From: an uncultured Thermococci archaeon | Lineage (GTDB): Archaea; Methanobacteriota_B; Thermococci; Methanofastidiosales; B48-G16 | Direction of reading: 5' to 3' | DNA length: 64,000 nt | NCBI GenBank assembly: GCA_964595645.1 | Contig: CAZQQT010000003.1 | Coordinates: forward strand, 72,177 to 136,176 | Shown here: positions 44,934 to 55,044 of the stretch, piece by piece | How the letters are laid out: each line of letters starts with the position of its first letter | Position numbering within the stretch: position 1 is the stretch's first letter | Program-made: the position numbers and the translations under genes | Notes under the pieces: generated by a model | What the model was told of the DNA's origin: nothing | The model's input: only the letters and a program-made list of their open reading frames with translations | The model's database searches: none

Positions 44934-45481
44934 TTTTCATCCTTCCACAATTTAACTTTTTTGGCCTTTTTCTTTCTTTTTGCCTTTTCTAGATACTTGT
45001 AGGCTACTGAATGTGGTTTTCCGTCTAGTATCATCTCTGCAGCCTTTTTTGCATCGTATACATCCTCAAATTCACCGATAAATGAGATTGTTTTACCATA
45101 AATAGAGACATAAGCCCCTGTCATTTCTTCTATATGTTCTCTCGTTTTCCCATTTTTACCAATTACTCTACCTTTGATTCGCATCAACTGTTTTTTTGTG
45201 TTCGCATATTTCTTTAGATCCACAGTTTCAAATATTATTCCATTTTTAAATAGGTAAAAAGCTCTCCTTGGAGAAAAACCTCTTGCAATAGCTTTGACAA
45301 CATCTTTAGCTTTCCATACAGCTAGAGGATCACCTACGGCCTTTTCAGTTATCCTCACCGTGCCGTCTTCTACTACTACTTCTACATTGAGCCTTTCCTC
45401 TATTTCTTCTTTTGTTCTTCCATTTTTTCCGATTATCGTTCCGATTCTTTTTTTCGGAACCTTTATGTATTCCTCTGCCAT
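44930..45481 (-). CDS. KH-domain RNA-binding protein (two KH domains; archaeal Dim2/Pno1-like)
   Basis: Two GxxG KH motifs (IIGKNGRT, VIGKNGKT); Lys-rich tail; positioned next to the Rio1 kinase as in the conserved archaeal cluster. Confidence 0.55.
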   Translation of the reverse strand: MAEEYIKVPKKRIGTIIGKNGRTKEEIEERLNVEVVVEDGTVRITEKAVGDPLAVWKAKDVVKAIARGFSPRRAFYLFKNGIIFETVDLKKYANTKKQLMRIKGRVIGKNGKTREHIEEMTGAYVSIYGKTISFIGEFEDVYDAKKAAEMILDGKPHSVAYKYLEKAKRKKKAKKVKLWKDEK

Positions 45482-46227
45482 TATACCACCTTTTTATAGA
45501 TTTCTTCAAATTTAGGGGTCACAATGAAATTAGAAAAATATCGCAGCATGTTTTCAATGTCTCTTTCTAAAAAGGACAGTGCACGGGAATCCTCCAGAAC
45601 GGTCCCTTGGGAAAAATCGATAAAGTACATCTTTTCATTGGTGAGGATGTTATACTCACTAAGATCACTATGAACAATTCCAACATCATACATTGTCTGT
45701 ATGTTCCTTATTATCTCTTCAAAGTCCTCCTCAGGATTTCTTGGACCCACATCTTTCATTCTTGGGTACGGGATACCATTTTTTCCTATAAAGTCCATTA
45801 CGAGCACATTGTTTTTTACAATAATCGGTTCAGGAACATTAATTTCTCCATAGACCTTTTTAAGATTTTTAAATTCCCGTTTTGCCCACGCATACGTCAA
45901 TTTTTTTCGATTATGTTGTATCCCTTTAAAACGTGGATCTGAAGATATATACTTCCGTATATCCCTGAAAGAAGACGTTGCCGTCCTAAAAATTTTTATT
46001 GCGACCCCTTTCTTTTTATGTAGACCATAAAACACGTTGGCTTCCTTTCCTGTGGACACAATACCCTCCACAGAGTCTAAGTAGCCTCTATTCTGAAGTT
46101 TATATAGGGTCATGAGGGTAGAGTGATCAAAGACCCCTGACCGAATCCTAAACATCTCAGAATCCTTTTCACGTCTCTTTTCCTTTATATTCTCCCTGTA
46201 CCCCAACAAGACCACCGTTAAAGCCAT
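45481..46227 (-). CDS. rio1: RIO-type serine/threonine protein kinase (Rio1-like)
   Basis: Atypical kinase motifs: ATP-binding Lys (VAIKIFR), catalytic loop VHSDLSEYNIL, metal-binding IDFSQ; 248 aa with no N-terminal wHTH, so Rio1 rather than Rio2. Confidence 0.8.
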   Translation of the reverse strand: MALTVVLLGYRENIKEKRREKDSEMFRIRSGVFDHSTLMTLYKLQNRGYLDSVEGIVSTGKEANVFYGLHKKKGVAIKIFRTATSSFRDIRKYISSDPRFKGIQHNRKKLTYAWAKREFKNLKKVYGEINVPEPIIVKNNVLVMDFIGKNGIPYPRMKDVGPRNPEEDFEEIIRNIQTMYDVGIVHSDLSEYNILTNEKMYFIDFSQGTVLEDSRALSFLERDIENMLRYFSNFIVTPKFEEIYKKVV

Positions 46228-46517
46228 TCTTTATCGAGATAACCTTTATTCACAAGCCATTTCGCTTGGGATCTCTTATATCTCCAGATAATGTCGCCTC
46301 GCTCATCTCTACTAAGTTCCCATGGTTCAACCAGCACGATATTCCCAACTTTTATCCAGAGTCTTCGTCTAAATTTGCCAGGTATCCTACAGAGCCGTGT
46401 TTTGCCGTCTGTACATTTTACCTTCATCTTTCCATATCCCATCATCTGTTCTACTTTACCTATTACCTGACCGCTTTTGGGTATCCGTGCTCTTGTTATC
46501 TCTTCTTCTTCAGACAC
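46218..46517 (-). CDS. eif1a: Translation initiation factor aIF-1A
   Basis: 99 aa; S1-like OB fold (GQVIGKVEQMMGYGKMKVKCTDGKTRLCRIPGKFRRRLWIKVGNIVLV). Confidence 0.85.
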   Translation of the reverse strand: MSEEEEITRARIPKSGQVIGKVEQMMGYGKMKVKCTDGKTRLCRIPGKFRRRLWIKVGNIVLVEPWELSRDERGDIIWRYKRSQAKWLVNKGYLDKEWL

Positions 46518-46552
46518 TGTGTAACCTCCTTAATTTTTACTCTTTATAGAGA

Positions 46553-46566
46553 TATAAAAAGCTTAT
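46553..46566 (-). promoter_or_regulatory. Putative TATA box for the aIF-1A transcription unit
   Basis: Minus strand reads GCTTTTTATATCTC about 35-45 nt upstream of the aIF-1A ATG. Confidence 0.3.
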
Positions 46567-46574
46567 TGTCAAAA

Positions 46575-46718
46575 TTAAATCTTTCTCTCCTTTGACTTAG
46601 GCCTAAGTCCCTTATACCCACATTTTCTACATTTTTTCGCGTCTCGTGGATTTCTTGCATTACACTTCATACAGATTTTCACATCAAATAATCGTTTTTC
46701 TGCAATTTCAGATCTCAT
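46575..46718 (-). CDS. rpl40e: 50S ribosomal protein L40e (47 aa; absent from the ORF track)
   Basis: Manual translation gives [47 protein letters not shown], the canonical L40e C4 zinc-ribbon pattern. It overlaps the tsr3 stop by 11 nt. Confidence 0.7.
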   Translation of the reverse strand: MRSEIAEKRLFDVKICMKCNARNPRDAKKCRKCGYKGLRPKSKERKI

Positions 46719-47196
46719 CTATATCACCCATAAACTCTTTTTGGATAGCTACTATCTCTCTACTGTTTTTTGCCTTCGCGTACTCTTCAAGCATCTTATG
46801 ATTTAGATCAATAAAAACTCTACCCCAACCAAACTTACTGAGGATATTTAAAGCTTTCTCCTTTTTACCCAGTATGTAGAGTGCCCCTGCCAAGGCTTCC
46901 ACTGTGGATAGTTTTGTAGGTTTTCCATAATTTACAGGGTTTGCAGGGACGAGGTAGGGCAATGATCGTGAATTCTTTTCGTACTTTAAAAAGATATCCT
47001 GAGATTGGTTCCATGAACAGTCCAGTGCGAGGATGTCTCCCGTATCTTCTGGTGAAAACGCTTTCTCACTGAGCGGATTTAAAATTGTACAGTTGGGTAT
47101 CTTTTTTACTGGTGTGGCCAGTCCGAATCGGATGAGTTTTAATCCTGTACATTTCTTTGGATCACACTGACCTGTATGATAAATAAATAGGTTCAT
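46708..47196 (-). CDS. tsr3: Tsr3-family rRNA aminocarboxypropyltransferase (DUF367)
   Basis: 162 aa; conserved CDPKKCTG motif near the N-terminus; the size and pattern of archaeal Tsr3. Confidence 0.6.
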   Translation of the reverse strand: MNLFIYHTGQCDPKKCTGLKLIRFGLATPVKKIPNCTILNPLSEKAFSPEDTGDILALDCSWNQSQDIFLKYEKNSRSLPYLVPANPVNYGKPTKLSTVEALAGALYILGKKEKALNILSKFGWGRVFIDLNHKMLEEYAKAKNSREIVAIQKEFMGDIDEI

Positions 47197-47771
47197 GTTA
47201 CCACCAGATATGTTGTTGCAAGAAGGGTAGATCCCATCAAAAAGTATCCTTCTCTCCTCTTCTCGTAACAGATCTCTAGAACCGATCCCATTAAAAGTCC
47301 ACCGAGGTGTACTGCGTGCGCGATCTCTCCCACGAGATCAACATAGATCAGAAATACCGTGAATATTACATAACCCAGTGCGATGAGCAGAAAGTAATTT
47401 TTGTACTCTCCTTTGTAGATCACAAGACTCGCGCCGAGGATCCCGAATACGAAGCCTGAGAGACCTACACAGGGTGTGGAAGAGGAAGGGTAGATCAGTA
47501 CATACACAACACCTGCAAATATCGTTGTGACGAAGAACAAAATGAGAAATTTCTTCGCTCCTATCCGTTCCTCGAGATAGTATCCAAAGGAGAGGAGCGC
47601 GATGAGATTGAAAGAGAGATGGGTGGAGGAAGAGTGGAAAAAGGCGTAAGTGATGAAATTCTCATAATGTAAATCTGTTGATGTCACTCCTCTAAGATCT
47701 CCTGTTTTCATTTGATAGAGAAAAACTAAAACCGTGGTGAAGAAAAGCATAAGTGTGATCTTTCCTTTCAT
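47193..47771 (-). CDS. Rhomboid-family intramembrane serine protease
   Basis: Six TM helices; catalytic GLSGFVFG (GxSG) and a His in AHAVHLGGLLMG. Confidence 0.7.
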   Translation of the reverse strand: MKGKITLMLFFTTVLVFLYQMKTGDLRGVTSTDLHYENFITYAFFHSSSTHLSFNLIALLSFGYYLEERIGAKKFLILFFVTTIFAGVVYVLIYPSSSTPCVGLSGFVFGILGASLVIYKGEYKNYFLLIALGYVIFTVFLIYVDLVGEIAHAVHLGGLLMGSVLEICYEKRREGYFLMGSTLLATTYLVVT

Positions 47772-49207
47772 TCTTCTCTCCTTAACATTTTATAGGATAA
47801 AACTGGTTCTTTGGTGGCTTTCACTACATCAAGCCGTTTTACCGCAGTGTTGTGAGGTGCAGAACTCACGATCTCAGGATTTTTGTAACATTCTTTGTAT
47901 ATTGTTTTCATGATATCAATGAACTTATCTAACTCTTCCTTTGACTCTGTTTCAGTTGGTTCTATCATCAACGCTTCCTTGACGATCAATGGGAAGTAAA
48001 TCGTTGGTGCGTGAATCCCAAAATCAAGAATTCTCTTGGCAATATCCAGAGCACTAATTCCAGTGTCCTCTTTTATTTTCTTACACGAGAGTACAAGTTC
48101 ATGTTTCCGCAGTTCATTACATGGGAGTTCGTAGAACTCCTTCAGATTCTGTGCAAGATAGTTGGCATTCAGTACGGCTCTTTCAGAGACTCTCTGCAGT
48201 GAATTGCCCATGGTGAGAATATAAGCGTATGCTTTGACCATCACACCAAAATTGCCGTAAAATCCCTTTATCTTCCCAATAGAGTGTTCAAGATCATAAT
48301 CCAGGGAGTACGTGTCTCCATTATACGTGACGATGGGGTACGGGAGGTACTCCTTCAAAAACTCCTTCACGCCCACTGGTCCCGCACCGGGTCCTCCACC
48401 CCCATGAGGGGTAGAGAATGTTTTGTGGAGGTTGAAATGGACGATATCGAATCCCATCTCTCCCGGTTTTGTGATACCCATGAGTGCGTTGAGGTTTGCA
48501 CCATCGTAATACAGCAGTCCGTCAGCATCATGAACAATCTCTGCAATCGCTTCAATGTTTTCCTCAAAGATGCCCAAAGTATTTGGATTTGTGAGCATTA
48601 ATCCTGCGGTATTGTCGTTCACTGCTTCCTGAAGGGCATCCAGATCTACACAGCCCTTCTCATCGGAAGGGATTTCCACTACCCGCATTCCGGCCATGGC
48701 AGAGGAGGCTGGATTTGTGCCATGAGCCGAGTCTGGAACGATAATTTCATTTCTATCGATTTTTTTTGTTTTTAAATACTTTTTAATAATCTTTATTCCT
48801 GTGTATTCGCCGTGGGCACCTGCTGCAGGCTGGAGTGTGATAGCATCAACACCGCCTATCTCACACAGTGCCTCACCGAGTTTATACATTATCTCGAGAG
48901 CACCCTGGACTGTGGAGGGATCTTGGTATGGATGAATATCAGTGACCGTTCCCCATGATGCAATTTCTTCGTGCAGCTTCGGATTGTATTTCATCGTGCA
49001 GCTTCCAAGAGGGTAGAACCCTGTGTCTACACAGTAGTTCTCTTGAGAGAGTTTGAGGAAATGCCTGGCAATATCTATCTCACTCACTTCAGGTAGATTC
49101 AACTCCTTTCTTTTTAAGGTGTCAGGAAGTGATACCTCTCCATCCTCGATAGGTGGAGGGAGTGAGTACGCCTTTCTTCCTTTCTTCGATCGTTCAAAAA
49201 TAAGCAT
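47768..49207 (-). CDS. gcvPB: Glycine dehydrogenase (decarboxylating) subunit 2 (P-protein C-terminal subunit)
   Basis: Motif PLGSCTMKYNP; PLP-Lys region (NLHKTFSTPHGGGGPG); 479 aa. Confidence 0.9.
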   Translation of the reverse strand: MLIFERSKKGRKAYSLPPPIEDGEVSLPDTLKRKELNLPEVSEIDIARHFLKLSQENYCVDTGFYPLGSCTMKYNPKLHEEIASWGTVTDIHPYQDPSTVQGALEIMYKLGEALCEIGGVDAITLQPAAGAHGEYTGIKIIKKYLKTKKIDRNEIIVPDSAHGTNPASSAMAGMRVVEIPSDEKGCVDLDALQEAVNDNTAGLMLTNPNTLGIFEENIEAIAEIVHDADGLLYYDGANLNALMGITKPGEMGFDIVHFNLHKTFSTPHGGGGPGAGPVGVKEFLKEYLPYPIVTYNGDTYSLDYDLEHSIGKIKGFYGNFGVMVKAYAYILTMGNSLQRVSERAVLNANYLAQNLKEFYELPCNELRKHELVLSCKKIKEDTGISALDIAKRILDFGIHAPTIYFPLIVKEALMIEPTETESKEELDKFIDIMKTIYKECYKNPEIVSSAPHNTAVKRLDVVKATKEPVLSYKMLRREE

Positions 49208-50598
49208 TATATCGCCTCCATTACAGTAATAAGCTTATCAATGTCCTCTTTACTGTGTAACTCCGTGACACAGTATAGTGCAGTATTTTCGAGATCATAT
49301 CCTACGTTTTCCAGGAGTAGGCCTCCTTGGATATTGTTGTGAAGAAGTTTTTTATCAACAGTTTTCATCTTCTCATGGTGTACGGTGAATTCCTTAAAAT
49401 GCGGGGCATTGAACAAGGGCGCTGTGAATCCATCGATTTCGTTAATTCTATCCATTGTGGATCGTGCATTTTTCATACAGATCTCAGCAAGCTCTCTCAT
49501 CCCCTGTTTTCCCATTACAGAAAGATACACTGCAGAAGCCACGGCACAAAGCGCTTCATTTGAGCAGATGTTGCTTGTAGCTTTCTCCCTTCGTATATGC
49601 TGTTCTCTTGTTTGTAGAGCCATAACGAATCCTTGGTTTCCTTCTTCATCTTCAGTGGCGCCGATGAGTCTCCCCGGCATTTTTCGTATCAGCTTCATCT
49701 CATCTTTTACACCAAAAATGCCCAGTAACGGGCCGCCAAAACTGGGAGAGTATCCCACAGACTCCCCAATAGCTATATCTGCGTACTCTCCTGGTGGAAT
49801 GACCATGCCCAAAGAAACAGGATCTGCACCTGCAACTACTAATGTATCGTGATTGTGTGCAATTTCTTTAATTTCTTTTATTTGCTGCTCAAAAAATCCA
49901 AGAAAGGTGGGATTTTCAATATATACGCCGCATGCATTCTCTATATTATTCTTTAACTCCACAAGATCGATTCCTTCTTCGTTGTATCCTATTTCTATAA
50001 TTTCTAAAATTCCTTCAGCATACGTTTCCAGTACTGCCTTTCTTTCAGGATGGATATTTTTGGAAACAATGAATGTAGGGTTCTTATTGACTCGATAGCA
50101 CATAAGTGCTGCCTCTCCTAGGGCAGTGGCCCAGTCGTACATCGATGAGTTGACCACCCCCATACCGAGCAGCTCGCCCATGAGGGACTGATACTCGAAA
50201 AGTGCCTGCAGCATTCCCTGCGATACTTCTGGCTGGTATGGAGTGTATGAGGAGTAGAACTCTGTTCTTCCCACAATCTCCTTTACGATCGACGGAATAT
50301 AGTGGTTGTACACCCCTGCACCAAGGAAATTGAGCATCACATCATTTTTATCAAGGATATGTTTTATCTCTCGTTTCGTCTCGAACTCGCTTTTTTCGTC
50401 CCATAATTGCAGATCACTCCGTAGGTTCTCTGGTACATCAGAGAAAAGTCTTTCTGTTGTGAGACCTATCTCTTCCAGCATTTTTTGTTCATCGTCTTCG
50501 GGGATATATCTCATCGGATCACCTTTGTACGTATTATATAGGATATTATAAATTTTTTGTGCATTAGATATTCCACTAGAAGTTATCTTCTTATTCAA
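49207..50598 (-). CDS. gcvPA: Glycine dehydrogenase (decarboxylating) subunit 1 (P-protein N-terminal subunit)
   Basis: 463 aa; GcvPA family collinearity (YIPEDDEQKMLEEIGL..., SYTPYQPE); overlaps gcvPB by 1 nt. Confidence 0.9.
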   Translation of the reverse strand: MNKKITSSGISNAQKIYNILYNTYKGDPMRYIPEDDEQKMLEEIGLTTERLFSDVPENLRSDLQLWDEKSEFETKREIKHILDKNDVMLNFLGAGVYNHYIPSIVKEIVGRTEFYSSYTPYQPEVSQGMLQALFEYQSLMGELLGMGVVNSSMYDWATALGEAALMCYRVNKNPTFIVSKNIHPERKAVLETYAEGILEIIEIGYNEEGIDLVELKNNIENACGVYIENPTFLGFFEQQIKEIKEIAHNHDTLVVAGADPVSLGMVIPPGEYADIAIGESVGYSPSFGGPLLGIFGVKDEMKLIRKMPGRLIGATEDEEGNQGFVMALQTREQHIRREKATSNICSNEALCAVASAVYLSVMGKQGMRELAEICMKNARSTMDRINEIDGFTAPLFNAPHFKEFTVHHEKMKTVDKKLLHNNIQGGLLLENVGYDLENTALYCVTELHSKEDIDKLITVMEAI

Positions 50599-50727
50599 TC
50601 ACTCTCCCCCTCGTAAATTTTACAACAGCTTCTGATAACATTTTATATTCACGCATTTTTAGCTAATATACTATGTTATTATCATTGGATAGTAATCTTT
50701 TTAATATTACCTTTCCCATCCACTCTT

Positions 50728-51585
50728 ATGAAGATAATCGTGCATGGAGGAGCCTGGGCCATACCTGATGACGCAGTGGACGATCATCTGAAGGGTGTGA
50801 CACAGGCCGTGAAAAATGGATTGAAGGAAGATACTGCAGTTGATGCTGTAGAAGCAGCAATCAACGTAATGGAAGATGATCCAACCTTTGATGCAGGTTA
50901 TGGGTCTTTTCTTAATGGTAATGGGGATATAGAGTTAGATGCAGTGCTTGCAGAGGATCGTAAATTTGGTGCCGTTGCAGGGGTAAGTAGGGTGAAAAAT
51001 CCCATCTCGCTTACCAAGAAAATCCTGTTTGATGAAAACGTGAACTTTATTATTGCGAGGGGAGCAGAACAGTACGCAGAAACTCATGGCATCCCTCTCT
51101 GCGATCCGAAGGAACTCATTATGGAACGAGAGAGGAAACGGTGGAAAAAGATCAATGAAGAGGGAAAAAAACCTGAGGATTTTTTCCATGATACCGTTGG
51201 TGCAGTCGCCTTTGATGATGGGGGACGGCTTGCCGCCGGTACATCTACGGGAGGGACACCGAATAAAGTGCCGGGACGGGTAGGCGACTCCCCGCTGTTC
51301 GGTGCCGGTTGTTACGCAGATGGGAGGATCGCAGCCTCCGCTACAGGCTACGGCGAACAGATCATGCGGGTGCTCCTCACACGGACATTAGCTGAACTTT
51401 CCACGCGGATGAATCTTTCTGAAGCCTGCCGTGAGGCACTAGTTGTATTGAAGGGAATAGGAGGGCACGGCGGTATCATCTCACTGGACAAAGAAGGAAA
51501 CCTCGGCTATCAATTTAACACGCCTAGAATGGCATACGCCTTTAATGAAGGCGATGAAATAAAATCATTTATACAGAAACAATGA
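50728..51585 (+). CDS. Isoaspartyl peptidase / plant-type L-asparaginase (Ntn hydrolase)
   Basis: Autocleavage/nucleophile motif DTVGAVA with preceding Gly-rich loop; GAG...GRVGDSP motifs; 285 aa. Confidence 0.75.
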   Translation: MKIIVHGGAWAIPDDAVDDHLKGVTQAVKNGLKEDTAVDAVEAAINVMEDDPTFDAGYGSFLNGNGDIELDAVLAEDRKFGAVAGVSRVKNPISLTKKILFDENVNFIIARGAEQYAETHGIPLCDPKELIMERERKRWKKINEEGKKPEDFFHDTVGAVAFDDGGRLAAGTSTGGTPNKVPGRVGDSPLFGAGCYADGRIAASATGYGEQIMRVLLTRTLAELSTRMNLSEACREALVVLKGIGGHGGIISLDKEGNLGYQFNTPRMAYAFNEGDEIKSFIQKQ

Positions 51586-52265
51586 AAATTTATCCCGTTG
51601 ATAATAGTCCTTCGTTACTCATAGAGAACGATAAGAAGATCTTGGTAGTTGCTGATCTACATCTAGGTATCGAGTATGAATTGTACAAAAAAGGCGTAAA
51701 ACTTGGCAATGTTACACGAAAAATAAAGAGAGTACTTGAAGAGACAATTGAACGAACAGAAGCAGACGAAGTGATATTTTTAGGTGACTTGAAACATAAT
51801 ATTCCACAAATTTCCTTTCGAGAAGAGCGAGATGTTCCGCATTTTTTGGAACTACCGATAGAATTTAGGATTGTAAAAGGAAATCACGACGGCAATATCG
51901 AACGGTTAACTGAGGAGGATGTGTACAAAAAGATTGTAATTAATGATATATTGCTAACTCATGGCCATCTCAAAATACCAGAACGACCTGGATACCTCAT
52001 CATGGGACACTCTCATCCCGCCGTGACATTTCGAGATGAAGTGGGCAAGGCCACCAAGGAAAAATGTTTTCTCTTCGGGTCGTTAAAAGATGAGAATACG
52101 AAGGTCGTTATCCTTCCCGCCTTCTCCCCACTTATCACAGGGATATCCATTAACAAGAAACGAATTCCAGGGTATTTCTTTAATAATGAACTTATCGACA
52201 TGAAGCATTTGGAGGTTTACCTCCTCGATAATACGTACCTCGGATCGTTTCCTGATCTTCCATAG
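51582..52265 (+). CDS. Calcineurin-like metallophosphoesterase
   Basis: Metal-binding motifs DLHLG, GDLKHN, GNHD, THGH, GHSHP. Confidence 0.6.
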   Translation: MKIYPVDNSPSLLIENDKKILVVADLHLGIEYELYKKGVKLGNVTRKIKRVLEETIERTEADEVIFLGDLKHNIPQISFREERDVPHFLELPIEFRIVKGNHDGNIERLTEEDVYKKIVINDILLTHGHLKIPERPGYLIMGHSHPAVTFRDEVGKATKEKCFLFGSLKDENTKVVILPAFSPLITGISINKKRIPGYFFNNELIDMKHLEVYLLDNTYLGSFPDLP

Positions 52266-52299
52266 AAAGATTTTTATTTGCCAGTATTCTCCTTCAAAC

Positions 52300-53007
52300 A
52301 TGGTCTTTCTGCCTCTTTCAGATAACGTTCCCGGAAAAAAAACACCGTACATAGTATACGGATTGATCGCGACTAATGTTATTGTATTTCTCTATGAAGT
52401 GTACCTCCAGGCGCTTCCTTCAAATGCATTCGATAGGTTTATTTATACGTACGCGCTTATTCCCAGACAGATCACGCAGTTTGAAGGCATGGGAACACTC
52501 GTGTCATCAATGTTTCTCCATGGAGGATTTATGCATATTTTTGCGAACATGCTGTTTCTCTATATTTTCGGTAACAATGTCGAGGACTCGATGGGCCATG
52601 GACGATTTTTGGTGTTCTATCTCCTCTGTGGATTTGCAGCGTCATTTCTTCAAATCGCCGTGGATCCGGGCTCAACAATACCAAACCTTGGTGCCTCCGG
52701 TGCGATTGCAGGCGTACTCGGTGCTTATATGATTACGTATCCCAAAGCAAAGGTACATACGCTTATATTCCTTGGATTCTTTGTAATGATACGGAGGATA
52801 TCCGCGTTCTTCTTTTTAGCTGTATGGTTTGTGATACAGTTATTTTCTGGTGTTGGATCGATCGTGGCGGTGTCTCAGGGCGGTGTTGCGTACTTCGCAC
52901 ACATTGGTGGATTTGTGGCGGGCGTGCTTCTCTCCTTCGTGTTCCGAAAGAAAGTGGAGGAGATTCGGGAAGATGAGTGGGACGAGCTGGTGTACGGCTA
53001 TAGGTGA
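52300..53007 (+). CDS. Rhomboid-family intramembrane serine protease (second copy)
   Basis: GASGAIAGVLGAY (GxSG) and a His in FAHIGGFVAGV; 6-7 TM helices. Confidence 0.7.
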   Translation: MVFLPLSDNVPGKKTPYIVYGLIATNVIVFLYEVYLQALPSNAFDRFIYTYALIPRQITQFEGMGTLVSSMFLHGGFMHIFANMLFLYIFGNNVEDSMGHGRFLVFYLLCGFAASFLQIAVDPGSTIPNLGASGAIAGVLGAYMITYPKAKVHTLIFLGFFVMIRRISAFFFLAVWFVIQLFSGVGSIVAVSQGGVAYFAHIGGFVAGVLLSFVFRKKVEEIREDEWDELVYGYR

Positions 53008-53011
53008 AACA

Positions 53012-54022
53012 ATGAAATATCTCTTGTTCATTCTTTTCGTGCTGTCCTCCTTTCTTTCCCCATCCTTTCCTGGTGTAGAGGTAGAGGTTACACCGTGGTA
53101 TCACAATGCCGAAGGCGCATTGAGTGTCACATTCGATGACTGCGATGAAACTCAGTATCTCGTTGCTGCCCCTATTATTGAAAAATATGACATTCGAGGG
53201 ACCTTTGGGGTAGTTACCTCCTGGGTAGGAAAAATGGTAGAAGAACCGAAAGGTGTGCGAATTCAGAAGATGACCTGGAAACAGATACAAGAGCTTAGTG
53301 TTACTCACGAGATCGCCTCTCACACGTGTACCCATCCTAATCTGGCCATGCTTTGTAAAGAAGCCCTTCTCACCGAGATACAGGACTCAAAAAGACTTAT
53401 TGAAGAACATACCAGAAAAGAGTGTATTGCAATGCATTATCCTCTTTCACGTACGAACAATGTTGTGAAGAGAACACTGAGAGATTCAGGGTATCTCTGT
53501 GCTCGGTCGTATGAGAACAGGATCAACACTGATCCAGATCTATATGAAATTTCCTCATACGCCATTTTTAGTGATAATGATCCCTCTCTTGGAGATTTAC
53601 AGGCAATGATCAGGGAGACAAGGGGCAAGAATGGATGGATGGTGCTGATGTATCATCATATAAGTAACTATCCGGAAAATTACAGCGTAAACGCCTCTGT
53701 TCCTCTCTGTGTTACACCTGAGACATTTGAGTTTCAGATGCAGCTTCTCTCGTCGTCGGATCTTTGGATTGCACCACTAGGAAAAGTAGCAACATACATC
53801 CAACAACGGGAGACTTGTACGATTGATGTGATTCCCTCCTTCGGCTATGTCAAAATCCGTGTAAATACTCCTTTTGATCACCCCCTCACGATTCGGGTAC
53901 ACCATGACTGGAAGGAGGTGAAAGTGAAAGGAAGTCTCTCCGATAGTGTCTACACCACAGATACTTTCTACCTGGATGTCCAGCCCAATACGGAGATTAT
54001 CCTCTATCGGGTCTGGCCGTAA
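53012..54022 (+). CDS. Secreted polysaccharide deacetylase family protein (NodB homology domain, CE4)
   Basis: Start at MKYLLFILFVLSSF (signal peptide); NodB motifs TFDDC, HTCTHPNL, and the trailing RTLRDSGYLCARS region. Confidence 0.6.
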   Translation: MKYLLFILFVLSSFLSPSFPGVEVEVTPWYHNAEGALSVTFDDCDETQYLVAAPIIEKYDIRGTFGVVTSWVGKMVEEPKGVRIQKMTWKQIQELSVTHEIASHTCTHPNLAMLCKEALLTEIQDSKRLIEEHTRKECIAMHYPLSRTNNVVKRTLRDSGYLCARSYENRINTDPDLYEISSYAIFSDNDPSLGDLQAMIRETRGKNGWMVLMYHHISNYPENYSVNASVPLCVTPETFEFQMQLLSSSDLWIAPLGKVATYIQQRETCTIDVIPSFGYVKIRVNTPFDHPLTIRVHHDWKEVKVKGSLSDSVYTTDTFYLDVQPNTEIILYRVWP

Positions 54023-54065
54023 CGATGCATATAAAAACCTCTCAGGAAAAAAGAATATCATATAC

Positions 54066-54150
54066 AAGCGGGGGTTGCCGAGCCTGGCCAAAGGTGCAGG
54101 GCTTAGGACCCTGTCTCGTAGGAGTCCGCGGGTTCAAATCCCGTCCCCCG
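54066..54150 (+). tRNA. tRNA-Leu (anticodon TAG), long variable arm
   Basis: GCGGGGG acceptor, anticodon stem-loop CAGGG-CTTAGGA-CCCTG, variable arm TCTCGTAGGAGTC, T-loop TTCAAAT; 85 nt. Confidence 0.85.
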
Positions 54151-54555
54151 CACTCAAATCCCTTCGATTCTCCAAAGGACTGATATATGGGCTTGAAAAG
54201 AATAGAGTTTTTGCGAGATAGGGCACTGTTCATTGGGGTGTCCTGTCTCGTAGATCTATCCTTACGCATACAGCACCCCATTTTCCTCATAAAGCCTATA
54301 TTGCACCTTCAACTCATTAATAATATCATACGTTGTTTCCCACGTGAGATTATACCTTCTTCTTAGGTATGTTGCTAATGTTTTCGTTTCTATTCTCCTT
54401 TTTCCAACGACAAGACGGTTAATGTCATTAAAAATTCTTTTTTTAACATCTGTGCATTTTTTACGTCCATATTAATGTCCCCTACTTCCAGAAAAAAAGA
54501 GTGGACTGTTATTTCTCCTTCAATTTCTACCCGCATTTTCAAGCTTTCATGAGTA

Positions 54556-55044
54556 TTATTTCATCCTACCGAAGTAGATCGTGAGAAGAAGTACCACGAA
54601 CACACCAGCAGCAATGTAACATATCATTTTGTGGGGGGATTTCGGTGTCCTAGTTGGGGTTGCGGTTGTTGTAATCGGCGCAGGTGTTTCTATCTTTTTG
54701 ATGCAATAGGAATTGGAAGTTCCTCGATCTGTAGCTAGAATTACATTACATTCCTGATTCTTCCTATACTTCCCATATACCTCTACTTTGTCACCAGGTT
54801 CTATGGTCGGATCGATGTCGCCCCATTCAATGTTGATAGCTTGGAAGGTGACTACCTTAATTCTGTCAGTACAGGGCTGTGGGCCGCTGAGAACTTCCTC
54901 TACCTGTACACGCCAATAGCTTGTTCCACCAGGTTTTACCGCCTCGTGATACTCTACTGCGGTACCTACAAATTGCATTTCTGTATCTGCTCTCACGTTT
55001 TTAAATCCGATTCCAATTCCACTCAACGCCAACGCACCAATCAC
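54556..55044 (-). CDS. Small surface protein with Thr-rich linker and C-terminal TM anchor
   Basis: Signal peptide, beta-rich domain, PITTTATPTRTP linker, C-terminal hydrophobic helix; same architecture as the gene at 5489..6181. Confidence 0.45.
   Translation of the reverse strand: MIGALALSGIGIGFKNVRADTEMQFVGTAVEYHEAVKPGGTSYWRVQVEEVLSGPQPCTDRIKVVTFQAINIEWGDIDPTIEPGDKVEVYGKYRKNQECNVILATDRGTSNSYCIKKIETPAPITTTATPTRTPKSPHKMICYIAAGVFVVLLLTIYFGRMK

Noticed and set aside
54042-54290. 82-aa ORF on the minus strand.
   Set aside because: It completely overlaps the well-folded tRNA-Leu gene, has no start context, and is a GC-rich tRNA antisense artefact.
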